From Gammaproteobacteria bacterium (GTDB taxonomy: Bacteria > Pseudomonadota > Gammaproteobacteria > JACKNK01), in assembly GCA_049604295.1 (NCBI GenBank), contig JBMYTL010000009.1, forward strand, positions 5,437 through 69,436: a stretch of 64,000 nucleotides of DNA, written 5' to 3'. Shown here piece after piece: positions 42,057 to 53,041 of this stretch (position 1 is the first letter of the stretch; each line of letters starts with the position of its first letter). The translations under genes were made by a program, and so were the position numbers. The notes beneath the pieces are model-generated. The model searched no databases, had not been told where the DNA came from, and saw nothing but the letters and a program-made list of their open reading frames with translations.

Positions 42057-42977
42057 TTATGGCGCAGCAACGGCATCCGGCTGAAGGCCGCCGAATCCCG
42101 CCACGACAGCGTCCAGAAACGGTGCCAGCTCCGCGGCCATGAGCACGAAATCCGCGTCCATACGGGCCGCATGGCCCTCGGCCTCCACCTCCGCGGCGGC
42201 GTCCTGAACCATGTCGAGAAACTTCAAACGCTTGATGGACAGATCGTCGCCCAGCACGCAGGACAGGCGCTCACCGAAATGCAGGGCGAGCCGTGATACA
42301 CGCTTACCCGCACGCACATGAGCCAGGATCTCATCGTCATCGATGGCCAGCTTGCGGCAGCGTATGACCCCGCCCTCATCAGACTCATCGCGCAGTTCAC
42401 ACTCGTCACCCAGATCGAAGTCGTCGGTGCCCCCTTCCTGCAGCCAATGGGTCAGCACGGCCAGGGGAGGTTGTACGGTCACCGGCGGCACGACGGCGAA
42501 ACTGCCCAGCGATTCCCGCAGCAGCACCGTGATGTCCTCGGCCCGCTTACGGCTCGCGGCATCGACGATCAACCAACCCGCGGCCGGATCGATGTAGGCA
42601 AAAACGTGCCGTGAGCGGGTAAAGGCCCTGGGCAAAAGGGTCATCTCGACTTCGTCACGGATCTGGTTCCGCTCCTTGCGGCCCACGGTGCGTCCCTCGG
42701 CCGCCTCGATGGCCGCGGCACGTTCATCGACCTCTTCACGCACCACTGAGGCGGGAAGCAGACGCTCCTCGCGACGGGCGCAGACCAACAGCCGTCCCTG
42801 CACGGCATGAACGAGGGCGGTGGTTTCCGAACCCAGGGGAGGAACCCACCCCATACTCTCGGCCTGCAGGCTGCCGCAGGGCTGGAAGGACTGCCCGGAC
42901 AGGGCCTGCTCGAGCTGTTCGGCGCTGACGTCGAAACCGGACTTGAGATGAAAGAGCTGAAGATTGCGAAACCACAT
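42057..42977 (-). CDS. rdgC: Recombination-associated protein RdgC
   Basis: 306 aa beginning MWFRNLQLFHL…, with a full-length RdgC-like pattern. Confidence 0.9.
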   Translation of the reverse strand: MWFRNLQLFHLKSGFDVSAEQLEQALSGQSFQPCGSLQAESMGWVPPLGSETTALVHAVQGRLLVCARREERLLPASVVREEVDERAAAIEAAEGRTVGRKERNQIRDEVEMTLLPRAFTRSRHVFAYIDPAAGWLIVDAASRKRAEDITVLLRESLGSFAVVPPVTVQPPLAVLTHWLQEGGTDDFDLGDECELRDESDEGGVIRCRKLAIDDDEILAHVRAGKRVSRLALHFGERLSCVLGDDLSIKRLKFLDMVQDAAAEVEAEGHAARMDADFVLMAAELAPFLDAVVAGFGGLQPDAVAAP

Positions 42978-43128
42978 GGGTCGGTACTGTCCCGTGCTTG
43001 GAGGGGATGGAAAAAGGGTCGGCGATTATGCCAGCACCGGCGCCGGATGCCCGCGCCAAGATCACGTCGACCCGGAAACCGTGCGAGTCTGTAGACTGCG
43101 ACCTCTTGACGGCTCCCGAACCGCGACC

Positions 43129-43740
43129 ATGCGCTACTCCACGCCCCTGATACTCCTGCTGATGGCAACCCTGGCGGGTTGCGCCGGCACGCCCCCGCCG
43201 CGTGATCTCAACAACGCATGCAGCCTCTTGCGCCACGATGGCGACTGGTACGCCGCCACCAAGCGCACCGAAGAACGCTGGGGCATACCCATCCAGATCC
43301 AGCTCGCGATCATGCACCAGGAATCGCGCTTCCGTTCCGATGCCCGACCGGGACGCGAAACCGTCCTCGGCGTACCCCTGTGGCGCAGGTCATCCGCCTA
43401 CGGTTACGCACAGGTCAAGGACGGAACCTGGCAGTGGTACAAGGACAAGACCGGCAATACCTTTGCCAGCCGCACCAACTTCGCCGATGCCTCGGACTTC
43501 ATTGGCTGGTACTCGGAGGTCAGCCGCCGGATGCTGGGCATCTCCAAGTGGGACGCCTACAACCAGTACCTGGCCTACCACGAGGGCCACACGGGCTGGA
43601 AGCGCAAGAGTTACCTGAAGAAAGGCTGGCTTATCAAGGTGGCCCGCAAGGTCAAGGCGCGTGCCAGCACCTACGGGGAACAACTGCGTCGCTGCCGGGG
43701 CAGCCTCGCGGAGGGCGGCAGCCCCATCCCCTTCTTCTGA
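43129..43740 (+). CDS. SLT-domain (lytic transglycosylase-like) lipoprotein
   Basis: MRYSTPLILLLMATLAGC (lipobox), with the catalytic Glu context AIMHQESRF and YGYAQVKDGTW. The ATG at 43129 was verified; the track ORF is N-terminally extended. Confidence 0.75.
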   Translation: MRYSTPLILLLMATLAGCAGTPPPRDLNNACSLLRHDGDWYAATKRTEERWGIPIQIQLAIMHQESRFRSDARPGRETVLGVPLWRRSSAYGYAQVKDGTWQWYKDKTGNTFASRTNFADASDFIGWYSEVSRRMLGISKWDAYNQYLAYHEGHTGWKRKSYLKKGWLIKVARKVKARASTYGEQLRRCRGSLAEGGSPIPFF

Positions 43741-43827
43741 TTCGGCCCTTCCAAACCCACACCCCCAACACGCGATGGCCGTCTCCCCACCCAAGGCCCC
43801 ACCGGTCACAGCCACGGTCAGCGCCCC

Positions 43828-45564
43828 ATGAGGCAACGGCTCGAGCACTACCTGGAGCGCAACCGGATGCGCCTCTCACGGGCCGATGCGCTCGGCCCGC
43901 TGGCCGTCATCGGACTGCTGTCGGGTCTGCTTTCCGGTGCCGTCATCGTGGCCTTCCGTCTGTTGGTCGAGGACAGCCAGACCTGGATCACCTCCGGCAC
44001 GCACCCCGAGGAGTTCGAAAACCTCGATGCCTGGACACGGTTTTTCCTGCCCCTGGCCGGTGGTGTCATCCTCGCCCTGCTGTTCCGTTTTGCCGGGCGC
44101 GGCCAGACGACATTGGGCGTGGCCAACGTCATGGAGCGCATGGCCTACCACCAGGGTCACCTGAGCCTGCGCGGCTTCCTGTTGCAATTCGCGGGCGCGG
44201 CCACCGCCCTGGTCAGCGGACACTCCGTGGGGCGCGAGGGGCCGCACATCTACCTGGGCGCGGCAGCCAGCAGCCTGTTCGGGCAAAGGTTGGGCGTTCC
44301 CAACAACACGATCCGTGTACTGGTGGGCTGCGGCACGGCGGCGGGTATCGCCGCCTCGTTCAACACCCCGTTGGCCGGTGTCGTGTTCGCTTTGGAGGTG
44401 GTCATGCTGGAGTACACCGTATCCAGCTTCGTACCCATCATGCTTGCCGCCGCCGGGGCCACGGTCCTGTCCAACGCGGTGCTCGGCGCCGAACCGGTCT
44501 TCGCGGTGCCGGCCCTCAGCCTCGCGGCCCTCGACGAGATACCGCTGGTCATCGCCCTGGGCCTGGCCGCGGGCGCGGTCTCCGCGTTGTTCATCGAGAC
44601 ACTCAAACAGGTCTCCCACTGGGGCCGACGCATCGCGATCGAACGCCGACTGGTCCTGGCGGGCCTGTTGATGGGTATTGCCGCTGCTGCCCTCCCCGAA
44701 GTCATGGGTACCGGCTACGACACCGTCAACGCCGCTATCGGTGGGCAGCTCACTGTGGGATTCCTGCTGCTTCTGGTGGTGGCCAAGATGTTCGCGACCT
44801 CCGCCACCGTGGGCCTCGGCGTTCCGGGTGGGACCATCGGTCCCGCGCTGGTCATCGGTGCCTGTCTCGGCGCGGCAACCGGTTTGATCGCCGATTGGAC
44901 CCTGCCCGAACTGAAAACCCACGTCGGCTTTTTCGCCCTCATCGGCATGGCGGCGGTAATGGCGGGCAGCCTGCAGGCCCCGCTGGCAGCGATCACGGCC
45001 CTGCTCGAACTCACCCATGCCCCGGGTCTGATCATGCCCGCCATGGTGGCGGTTGTGATCGCCAACCTGACCGCCAGCGAGCTGTTCCACAAGGAATCCC
45101 TGTTCATCACCCTGTTGCGCTCCAGTGGCCTCAGTTACGACGCCAACCCGGTCGCCCAGGCCCTGCGCCGCATGGGCGTCGGCAGCATCATGGAACGGGA
45201 CATCGCCATCGCCGACACCCATCTGTCCCGCCGGGAGGCCGAGCGGATCGCCCTGGCCGAACCGGCCTGGGTGCTGATCAGCAATGACGGCAGCCCGCAC
45301 GAGATGTTCCCGGGTCAGCACCTGGCCCGCTTCATGGCCATGTCCTCGGGTGACGACACAAGCCGCGTGGAGCTCAACGCGGTACCCGCCGAACGCATGC
45401 GCCTGCAAGGCATCGACCTGCGGGCGACCTTGCAGGAAGCGCTCGAACTACTTGAGGGCGAGGACTGTGATGCCCTCTATGTTTACCGGAGAACGGGCAG
45501 CGGGCACGGGCGCGTGATGGGCGTCGTCACCCTGCGCATGGTCGAATCCGCCTACCGGGTCTGA
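43828..45564 (+). CDS. ClC-family chloride channel/antiporter with a C-terminal CBS pair
   Basis: 578 aa with GREGP (GHSVGREGPHIY) and GVPGGTIGP motifs, 10 or more TM helices, and a C-terminal CBS-like region. The 689-aa (+) and 510-aa (-) ORFs over the same DNA are shadows. Confidence 0.88.
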   Translation: MRQRLEHYLERNRMRLSRADALGPLAVIGLLSGLLSGAVIVAFRLLVEDSQTWITSGTHPEEFENLDAWTRFFLPLAGGVILALLFRFAGRGQTTLGVANVMERMAYHQGHLSLRGFLLQFAGAATALVSGHSVGREGPHIYLGAAASSLFGQRLGVPNNTIRVLVGCGTAAGIAASFNTPLAGVVFALEVVMLEYTVSSFVPIMLAAAGATVLSNAVLGAEPVFAVPALSLAALDEIPLVIALGLAAGAVSALFIETLKQVSHWGRRIAIERRLVLAGLLMGIAAAALPEVMGTGYDTVNAAIGGQLTVGFLLLLVVAKMFATSATVGLGVPGGTIGPALVIGACLGAATGLIADWTLPELKTHVGFFALIGMAAVMAGSLQAPLAAITALLELTHAPGLIMPAMVAVVIANLTASELFHKESLFITLLRSSGLSYDANPVAQALRRMGVGSIMERDIAIADTHLSRREAERIALAEPAWVLISNDGSPHEMFPGQHLARFMAMSSGDDTSRVELNAVPAERMRLQGIDLRATLQEALELLEGEDCDALYVYRRTGSGHGRVMGVVTLRMVESAYRV

Positions 45565-45736
45565 GCCCCGATCCGGGGCGACACAAGGCGGGGCCCGCGG
45601 CCGGGTTGATACGCCATACCGGGGACGAGGATTTTCCGCTAAGTCAGCGTCGACATCGGCCGATAGTGATTACAGGACCACGGGGGCACCCCCCCGTATC
45701 GGCCCAACGCCCCGAGCCCATTGATTCGAGACAAAC

Positions 45737-46114
45737 GTGCCCCATTTGCCCGAAGACTACCGTGGTACACACGCCGAGCGCCGTGCCCATCCGCGTGTGC
45801 GCAGCGCCCTGGCTATCCGGTTCCGCGCCGATGACGTCGATGCGATCACCAGCGAATACCTCGGTGGCGTAGCCGCCAACTGCAGTTTCGGCGGCATATT
45901 CCTGGAAACCGACCAACTCATGCCCAAGGGTACGATCGTGAAGCTGGAAATTCAGCTCGACGATGATCCGCCCGTCCAGGCACGCGCGGTGGTACGCCGC
46001 GTTCAGCGCTGGCGCAAACCCCACGGCATGGGCGTGGAGTTCGTGGAAGTCGAAGGCATCGGCAACGAGCCACTGAGCGACTGGTTGGGTAGGTTTCTCA
46101 ACGCCCAAGGCTGA
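45737..46114 (+). CDS. Stand-alone PilZ-domain protein (c-di-GMP receptor type)
   Basis: 125 aa. The RxxxR motif (RRAHPR) and the N-x-S-x-x-G motif (NCSFGG) are both present at PilZ-like spacing. Confidence 0.75.
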   Translation: MPHLPEDYRGTHAERRAHPRVRSALAIRFRADDVDAITSEYLGGVAANCSFGGIFLETDQLMPKGTIVKLEIQLDDDPPVQARAVVRRVQRWRKPHGMGVEFVEVEGIGNEPLSDWLGRFLNAQG

Positions 46115-46335
46115 CCGTCCCACGCCCGCCAAGGAAGCTCTGAATGAATCTGGCGCGAGTGTGTGGTTCGGATAATCGTTCAGTTCAAGGCGCGAATCGC
46201 ACTTCAATAGCGAGCTATTGCGAAGATACGCAACGCCGAAACAGGCGATCAGACGGGCCAAGGCGCCGTGTCACGATCCGTTCAGAGCTTCCCCAGGCGC
46301 GGCGTGCGGCCCGGGGGTCGCGCGAGCACCCCACG

Positions 46336-46359
46336 AAAAAAGGGGGGCGCATGCCCCCC
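46336..46359 (-). terminator. Rho-independent terminator of glnK-amtB
   Basis: GGGGGGC (46342-48) pairs with GCCCCCC (46353-59) across a GCAT loop. On the minus strand the hairpin is followed by T6 (46341..46336). It lies 70 nt after the amtB stop. Confidence 0.8.
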
Positions 46360-46427
46360 CTTTCCGATCAATCCACTTGATGCGTTGTCCCGCCCCGAAC
46401 CCGGGACGGTACAACGCTGGCCAAGCC

Positions 46428-47723
46428 TTACAGGTTGTAGCCCACTTCGTCGTGACTGACGATATCGAGGCCTTCGGTCTCCTGCTCCTGGTCGACGCGA
46501 AGTCCGCCGGTGAGGAGCCCCACCACCTTGAGGATGATCCAGGTGGCGATAGCACAGTAGACGAGTGTCGCCACGATACCGATCAGCTGCACACCCACCT
46601 GGCCACCCATGGTCTCGATGCCATCGGCGAAGCCGAAGCCCCCCAGAGCGGGCGCGGCGAAGATACCGGCGAACAGGGTACCGATGATGCCGCCCACGCC
46701 ATGCACCGGCATAACGTCCAGGGAGTCATCGATCTTCAACTTGCGCTTCAGGGTGTCGGTGGCGAAATAGCACACCACACCCGCAAGCAGGCCGATGATG
46801 ACGGCACCGCCGGGGCCCACGAAGCCCGACGCGGGGGTGATGGTTCCGAGACCGGCGACCATGCCCGTGACGGCGCCCAGCACGGACGGCTTGCCGTGGC
46901 GGATCCATTCCATGGCCATCCACGCCAACACCCCGGCGGACGCGCCCAGGTGGGTGACCAGCATGGCCATGCCCGCGCCACCGTTGGCGCCCAGGGCGGA
47001 ACCGGCGTTGAAGCCGAACCAACCCACCCACAGCATGGAGGCGCCGGTAACGGTCATGGTCAGGTTGTGCGGCGGCATGGGCTGCGTACCGAAGCCCTTG
47101 CGATTGCCCAGCACGATAGCGGCGACGAGCGCCGCGACACCGGCGTTGATATGCACCACGGTGCCGCCGGCGAAGTCATACAGGCCCATATCGCCGAGCC
47201 AGCCGCCGCCCCAGACCCAGTGGGTGGTGGGGATGTACACCACCAGCAACCAGATCATGGCGAAGATCAACATGGCGGAGAACTTCATGCGCTCGGCGAA
47301 GCCACCCACGATCAGGGCCGGGGTGATGATGGCGAAGGTACCCTGGAACATGATGAACACGGTCTCGGGGATGGTGCCGGACAGGCTGTCCGGCCCGACG
47401 CCGGCCAGCAGCGCCTTGCTCAGGTCGCCGATGTAATCCCCTTCGCCACTGAAGGCCAGGGAGTAACCCACCAGGAACCAGACGATGGAGGCGGCGGCGG
47501 CAATGACGAAACACTGCATCAGCACCGATAGCACGTTCTTGGTGCGCACCAGCCCGCCATAAAACAGCGCAAGGCCGGGTAAGGTCATGAACAACACCAG
47601 CGCCGTGGCGGTGATGATCCAGGCGGTGTCCGCACCGCTGAGCTCGTCAGCCGCCAGCGCCTGAACAGGCAGCAGCACCGCCAGCAGGCCCGCGACGGCG
47701 GAACGTTTGAAGAAATGGGTCAT
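46428..47723 (-). CDS. amtB: Ammonium transporter
   Basis: 431 aa with a signal peptide, the Amt signature (DFAGGTVVHINAG) and 11 TM segments. It is immediately downstream of glnK. Confidence 0.95.
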   Translation of the reverse strand: MTHFFKRSAVAGLLAVLLPVQALAADELSGADTAWIITATALVLFMTLPGLALFYGGLVRTKNVLSVLMQCFVIAAAASIVWFLVGYSLAFSGEGDYIGDLSKALLAGVGPDSLSGTIPETVFIMFQGTFAIITPALIVGGFAERMKFSAMLIFAMIWLLVVYIPTTHWVWGGGWLGDMGLYDFAGGTVVHINAGVAALVAAIVLGNRKGFGTQPMPPHNLTMTVTGASMLWVGWFGFNAGSALGANGGAGMAMLVTHLGASAGVLAWMAMEWIRHGKPSVLGAVTGMVAGLGTITPASGFVGPGGAVIIGLLAGVVCYFATDTLKRKLKIDDSLDVMPVHGVGGIIGTLFAGIFAAPALGGFGFADGIETMGGQVGVQLIGIVATLVYCAIATWIILKVVGLLTGGLRVDQEQETEGLDIVSHDEVGYNL

Positions 47724-47769
47724 GCTCGTGATCTCTTTATTTCAGCTTTCGGAAGGTTTTCAGAGCGGA

Positions 47770-48247
<478 letters not shown>

Positions 48248-48391
48248 AAACGGTGACGTTCCGGGAAAATCTTTCCCGCGGTCAGATGCTCGTCCGCCGC
48301 TCCAGAGCTCGGCGGCGGTGTCGGGCAAAACCGTCTCGCGATCGAAACGAAGCAAGGGCCATGCCCATACGCCCCCCCGTACCGCCCGACG

Positions 48392-48784
48392 TCAGCCTTT
48401 CAGGTCCAGGGATACGGAATTGATACAGAACCGCAGCCCCGTGGGTTGGGGGCCATCCGGGAACACATGCCCCAGGTGCGCATCACACACCGCGCACAAG
48501 ACCTCGGTACGCACCATGCCGTGACTGGTATCGGTCTCGGTACGCACCGCCTGCGCGGACACGGGCTCCCAGAAGCTCGGCCACCCGGACCCCGAATCGA
48601 ACTTCTCGGTCGACCGGAACAAGGGCTCACCACAACACACACAATGGTAGACGCCCGGGTCCTTGCAATCGGCGTAGAGCCCCGTGAACGGAGGCTCCGT
48701 ACCCTTCATCCTGCACACCTGATACTGCTCGGCGGTCAACTGCCCACGCCACTCAGTGGCCGATTTCTCAACACGACGTTTCAT
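48392..48784 (-). CDS. msrB: Peptide-methionine (R)-S-oxide reductase
   Basis: It has the two CxxC Zn motifs ([23 protein letters not shown]) and the catalytic RFCINS. The Met at 48784 forms an ATGA overlap with the upstream gene's stop. Confidence 0.92.
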   Translation of the reverse strand: MKRRVEKSATEWRGQLTAEQYQVCRMKGTEPPFTGLYADCKDPGVYHCVCCGEPLFRSTEKFDSGSGWPSFWEPVSAQAVRTETDTSHGMVRTEVLCAVCDAHLGHVFPDGPQPTGLRFCINSVSLDLKG

Positions 48785-49527
48785 TGTTTTTTCGGCCCTA
48801 TCTCTATGCCCTTGCGCTTGAGCTTCTTGCGCAGCCCCGGTGCCTGCCAACCCAGGTCCCAGGCCTTCTGGCCATGCAGTGCGGCCTTCTCCAGATCACC
48901 CTTGCGGTAATAGTAAAGCCCCAGCTGGTAATGGGCCTCGTAGATACTCGGATCCGCCTGCACGGCTTTCAGCAACAGTTCGGCGCCCTTGTCCTTATCC
49001 TTGGTTCGCAGGGTGAACATGCCCCATATGTAGTCCACGTAGGAGTCATTCGGCGCGACGATCTTGGCCCGCTTGAAATAACACTCCACCGGCTCCTCGG
49101 GGGCGGGCCCGAACGGCTTGACCTTCTTTCCCTCCGGCGTCATCAGGTAACGCTGACTCTTCTTGCTGAAGGCGGGCTCGGTGGTATAGCGCAGCATGGT
49201 GAGCAAGCCCGGGTGATGATTGGGAAACTGGTCAAGAATGTACTCGACGTCCCGGATCGCCCAGTTCGTGGACTCCCCGTAGGTCAGCGCCCGAACCTTC
49301 CTGCCCCAGTGATGTTTTTCAACGATGGGCAGCCGGGTGCGCTTCGCAAACGGGTCGCGGTAATCGAACGGACCGAGGGCATTGCCTGTTTTGAAGGGTT
49401 TGCAGTTGCCATCTGGGTTGGGCAGACCGCGCATCGAAGGGGCCCGCTCCACGGCATTGACCTGCTGCGCGGCCGTCAACGCGAACACGAGCAAGAACAG
49501 GCTGGGCAGACGAACAAAACGGAGCAT
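48781..49527 (-). CDS. Secreted hypothetical protein with C-terminal TPR-like repeats
   Basis: [25 protein letters not shown] is a signal peptide. The C-terminus ([42 protein letters not shown]) is TPR-like. I did not recognise a family. Confidence 0.55.
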   Translation of the reverse strand: MLRFVRLPSLFLLVFALTAAQQVNAVERAPSMRGLPNPDGNCKPFKTGNALGPFDYRDPFAKRTRLPIVEKHHWGRKVRALTYGESTNWAIRDVEYILDQFPNHHPGLLTMLRYTTEPAFSKKSQRYLMTPEGKKVKPFGPAPEEPVECYFKRAKIVAPNDSYVDYIWGMFTLRTKDKDKGAELLLKAVQADPSIYEAHYQLGLYYYRKGDLEKAALHGQKAWDLGWQAPGLRKKLKRKGIEIGPKKQ

Positions 49528-49833
49528 GAAAGGTACCTGAGACTTTCCGACAGCTTCTGCGACAACGAAATCGCCGCTGGATTCCAATGCCCGGGCGGAT
49601 GCACACCCCTACCCGGATGATGGGCCCGAGCCTAATGCACCCGGGGGACCGGTTCCAAGACCAGGGGCCGCTCCCGACCCTTGCCGTTTACATACCTGGC
49701 GTGTTAGAAACCCGCAGTTATCGAGGGGAAAAAACAGGGCAATCCCACCACGCCCACCCCCGTGATCCGAGAGCCCGTGCGCAGCGGGCCGACGAGAGTA
49801 GAGCCTGCGTCGGCGAGGTGCCCGCCGAAATGA

Positions 49834-51159
<1,326 letters not shown>

Positions 51160-51180
51160 TCCTCTTATCCCGCCAGACCG

Positions 51181-51212
51181 AGGCCCGGCTGACCGCCGGG
51201 CCTTTTTGTTTT
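51181..51212 (+). terminator. Strong rho-independent terminator after sqr
   Basis: AGGCCCGGC (51181-89) pairs with GCCGGGCCT (51195-203), a 9-bp stem with a 5-nt loop, followed by TTTTTGTTTT. Confidence 0.85.
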
Positions 51213-51224
51213 CGGAGCCACGCC

Positions 51225-51626
51225 ATGTTCGATGATTACGTGTTCTTCAGTCCCTCCCTCAGAGACGAATTCATCGCCTTCGTAACCCGCGAGGGCATCG
51301 AATACCGCACCAGTGGCGACGAAGAGGAACTGCTGGTTCAGGTCCCGGAGGACCTGGATGACGCCCTGTGTGAACGCATCGAGGCAGAGTACGACCGCCT
51401 GTTCGCAGCCCAGTCGGAACTGACCGCCGGGGAGGAGCCCGACGACATTCACCGCGTTGGCGTGCAATTCACGGCCTCTGACGGCGCGGTGCGCCAGGCC
51501 CGACTGGACCCTGAACTGGTCAACAGGCTGCGCACCGTCATGTCCTACGAGGAACTGCAGACCATGGTCCAGTCGGTGGCCGACGCTGTGGAAGACGGCG
51601 GGCCCAGGCCCCTCTGCAAACCCTGA
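51225..51626 (+). CDS. Acidic hypothetical protein (133 aa)
   Basis: MFDDYVFFSPSLRDEFIAFVTREGIEYRTSGDEEELLVQVPEDLDD…. GGAG lies 7 nt upstream of the ATG at 51225, and the codon usage looks like the neighbours'. No family recognised. Confidence 0.55.
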   Translation: MFDDYVFFSPSLRDEFIAFVTREGIEYRTSGDEEELLVQVPEDLDDALCERIEAEYDRLFAAQSELTAGEEPDDIHRVGVQFTASDGAVRQARLDPELVNRLRTVMSYEELQTMVQSVADAVEDGGPRPLCKP

Positions 51627-51705
51627 CCGATTCCCCTGGCCGATTCCCCTGACCGATTCCCCTGGCCGAATCCCCTGGCCAATCGCCCTGACGAAGCCCC
51701 CTGCG
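51621..51705. repeat. 13-bp tandem repeat array (consensus CCCTGRCCGATTC): 4 near-perfect copies plus 2-3 decayed ones
   Basis: Units read directly: 51621 ccctgaccgattc, 51634 ccctggccgattc, 51647 ccctgaccgattc, 51660 ccctggccgaatc, 51673 ccctggccaatcg, 51686 ccctgacgaagcc, 51699 ccctgcg…. The array starts at the stop codon of the 133-aa ORF and ends 10 nt from the convergent MFS gene's stop. Confidence 0.85.
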
Positions 51706-51715
51706 GGGCGAACGC

Positions 51716-52885
51716 TCAGCGCGTCGGCAGTTGCCGACTCACCCACCAGGTAGCGAGAAACACCAGCCCGCCCAGACCCAGCAGGGCGACCACCGGGGGC
51801 AAGCCCAGGTGCACGGCGAGCGCATAGACAGCGGTGGCCAACAACATGGCCAGGTTCTCCGCGAACCGCTGCACCCCCACCACCGCCCCACTGCCCGAAC
51901 CCCGGTGCCCGATGTCCTGCAACACCGCATTGACAGGCACCACGAACAGGCCACCGGCCACCCCCGCCGCGAACAAAGCAACCCGTGCGAACCCGACATC
52001 GTCGCTGAGCCCCAGCAGGATGATGGCCAAGCCCATGGCCCAGGCCGCGAAACGGGCTCGCCGGACGCTGTCGAGACCGATGACGCGGGGTGCGATGAAC
52101 GCGCCCACGGCGATGCCCAGGGCCGTCCACAGCGTGAGCTCGGCGATCCCCGTGGTGGTGGTGACGGCCAACACCACCGGCGCCCACGCGATCACCATGA
52201 GGCGCAGGAGGGCCGCGCTGGACCAGAACAGGGCTGAACCCAGTAGCGTGAAACGCCCGCGCGGTTGCGCCAACACATCCCGGGCCGCGGCCATGAAATC
52301 CGCCAGGGCCGCCCGCAGCCAACGGGACGCGGGTGGCGGGACCGTGATGACAGGCGGCAGAGGCCGGATGAACAAGGCCAATGCCCCGGACAGGATGAAC
52401 AAACCCATGATGGCCGCCAGGGCCACGGTTACCGAATACTCAGCCAGGGCAGCCCCCGCCAACATGCCCAGGATGATGGCGGCGATGGTTGCCCCTTCGA
52501 CCCAGGCATTGGCGCGCATCAGGCGCTCGCCATCGACAAGTTCCGGCAGGATTCCGTATTTGGCGGGGCTGTACATGACCGCGCCCACGCCCACCAGGCA
52601 GTAGGCAATCAGGGGCTCCAGACCCGCCAACAACAGGGCAGCGCCCAGTGCCTTCACCGCGTTGGCCCAGGTGAGCACCCGGCCCTTGGGTTTCAGATCG
52701 GCGAACGGCCCGACCCAGGCCGCCAATACCACGTAGGCCACCACGAAAGACGCCTGCAATGCGGCGACGTAGGACTTGTCGGCCTGGGCACCGCCAATCA
52801 TTTCAATGGCCGCGAACAGCAGAGCGTTGTCAGCGAACGCGGTCAGAAACTGGGCGAGCAGGAGGATCCAGACATCGCGGGGCAT
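51716..52885 (-). CDS. MFS transporter (LplT-like)
   Basis: From the Met at 52885 it reads MPRDVWILLLAQFLTAFADNALLFAAI…, with 12 TM-like segments. The N-terminal motif resembles lysophospholipid transporter LplT. Confidence 0.7.
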   Translation of the reverse strand: MPRDVWILLLAQFLTAFADNALLFAAIEMIGGAQADKSYVAALQASFVVAYVVLAAWVGPFADLKPKGRVLTWANAVKALGAALLLAGLEPLIAYCLVGVGAVMYSPAKYGILPELVDGERLMRANAWVEGATIAAIILGMLAGAALAEYSVTVALAAIMGLFILSGALALFIRPLPPVITVPPPASRWLRAALADFMAAARDVLAQPRGRFTLLGSALFWSSAALLRLMVIAWAPVVLAVTTTTGIAELTLWTALGIAVGAFIAPRVIGLDSVRRARFAAWAMGLAIILLGLSDDVGFARVALFAAGVAGGLFVVPVNAVLQDIGHRGSGSGAVVGVQRFAENLAMLLATAVYALAVHLGLPPVVALLGLGGLVFLATWWVSRQLPTR

Positions 52886-53041
52886 AAGGGAGCAGACCAG
52901 TGAAGGTGGGAGGGTCGCCGGGGGGGGCAAGACAGCGCGGGCGTAAACGTTGCAGCCCCGAAGCACCCACCCCGGAGCACGCGCCCCAGGATAAACCAGC
53001 CCCCCACCGGCGTGTTCGTTCCGGCTACCGGGCGCGCTGGA

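Noticed and set aside
43218-45408. 689-aa (+) ORF (43218..45287) and 510-aa (-) ORF (43876..45408), the longest unassigned ORFs in the window
   Set aside because: Both are extreme Arg/Pro/Gly/His-rich translations without motifs, and both lie over the ClC channel gene (43828..45564), whose frame has GREGP/GxxxP motifs and TM periodicity. They are typical off-frame and antisense open frames of high-GC DNA, not overlapping genes.
45567-45581. GCCCCG-atc-CGGGGC hairpin right after the ClC stop, considered as a terminator
   Set aside because: The stem is only 6 bp, the loop is 3 nt and no T-tract follows. That is too weak to call.
46218-47531. 437-aa (+) ORF antisense to amtB
   Set aside because: The composition is Gly/His/Asp/Ala-rich with no motifs, while the amtB frame on the other strand is unambiguous.
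51457-51753. 98-aa (+) ORF reading through the 13-bp repeat array (…PDRFPWPIPLTDSPGRIPWPIAL…)
   Set aside because: The 13-nt period shifts the frame with every unit. The ORF overlaps the better-supported 133-aa gene in another frame and has no start context. The repeat is best treated as non-coding.
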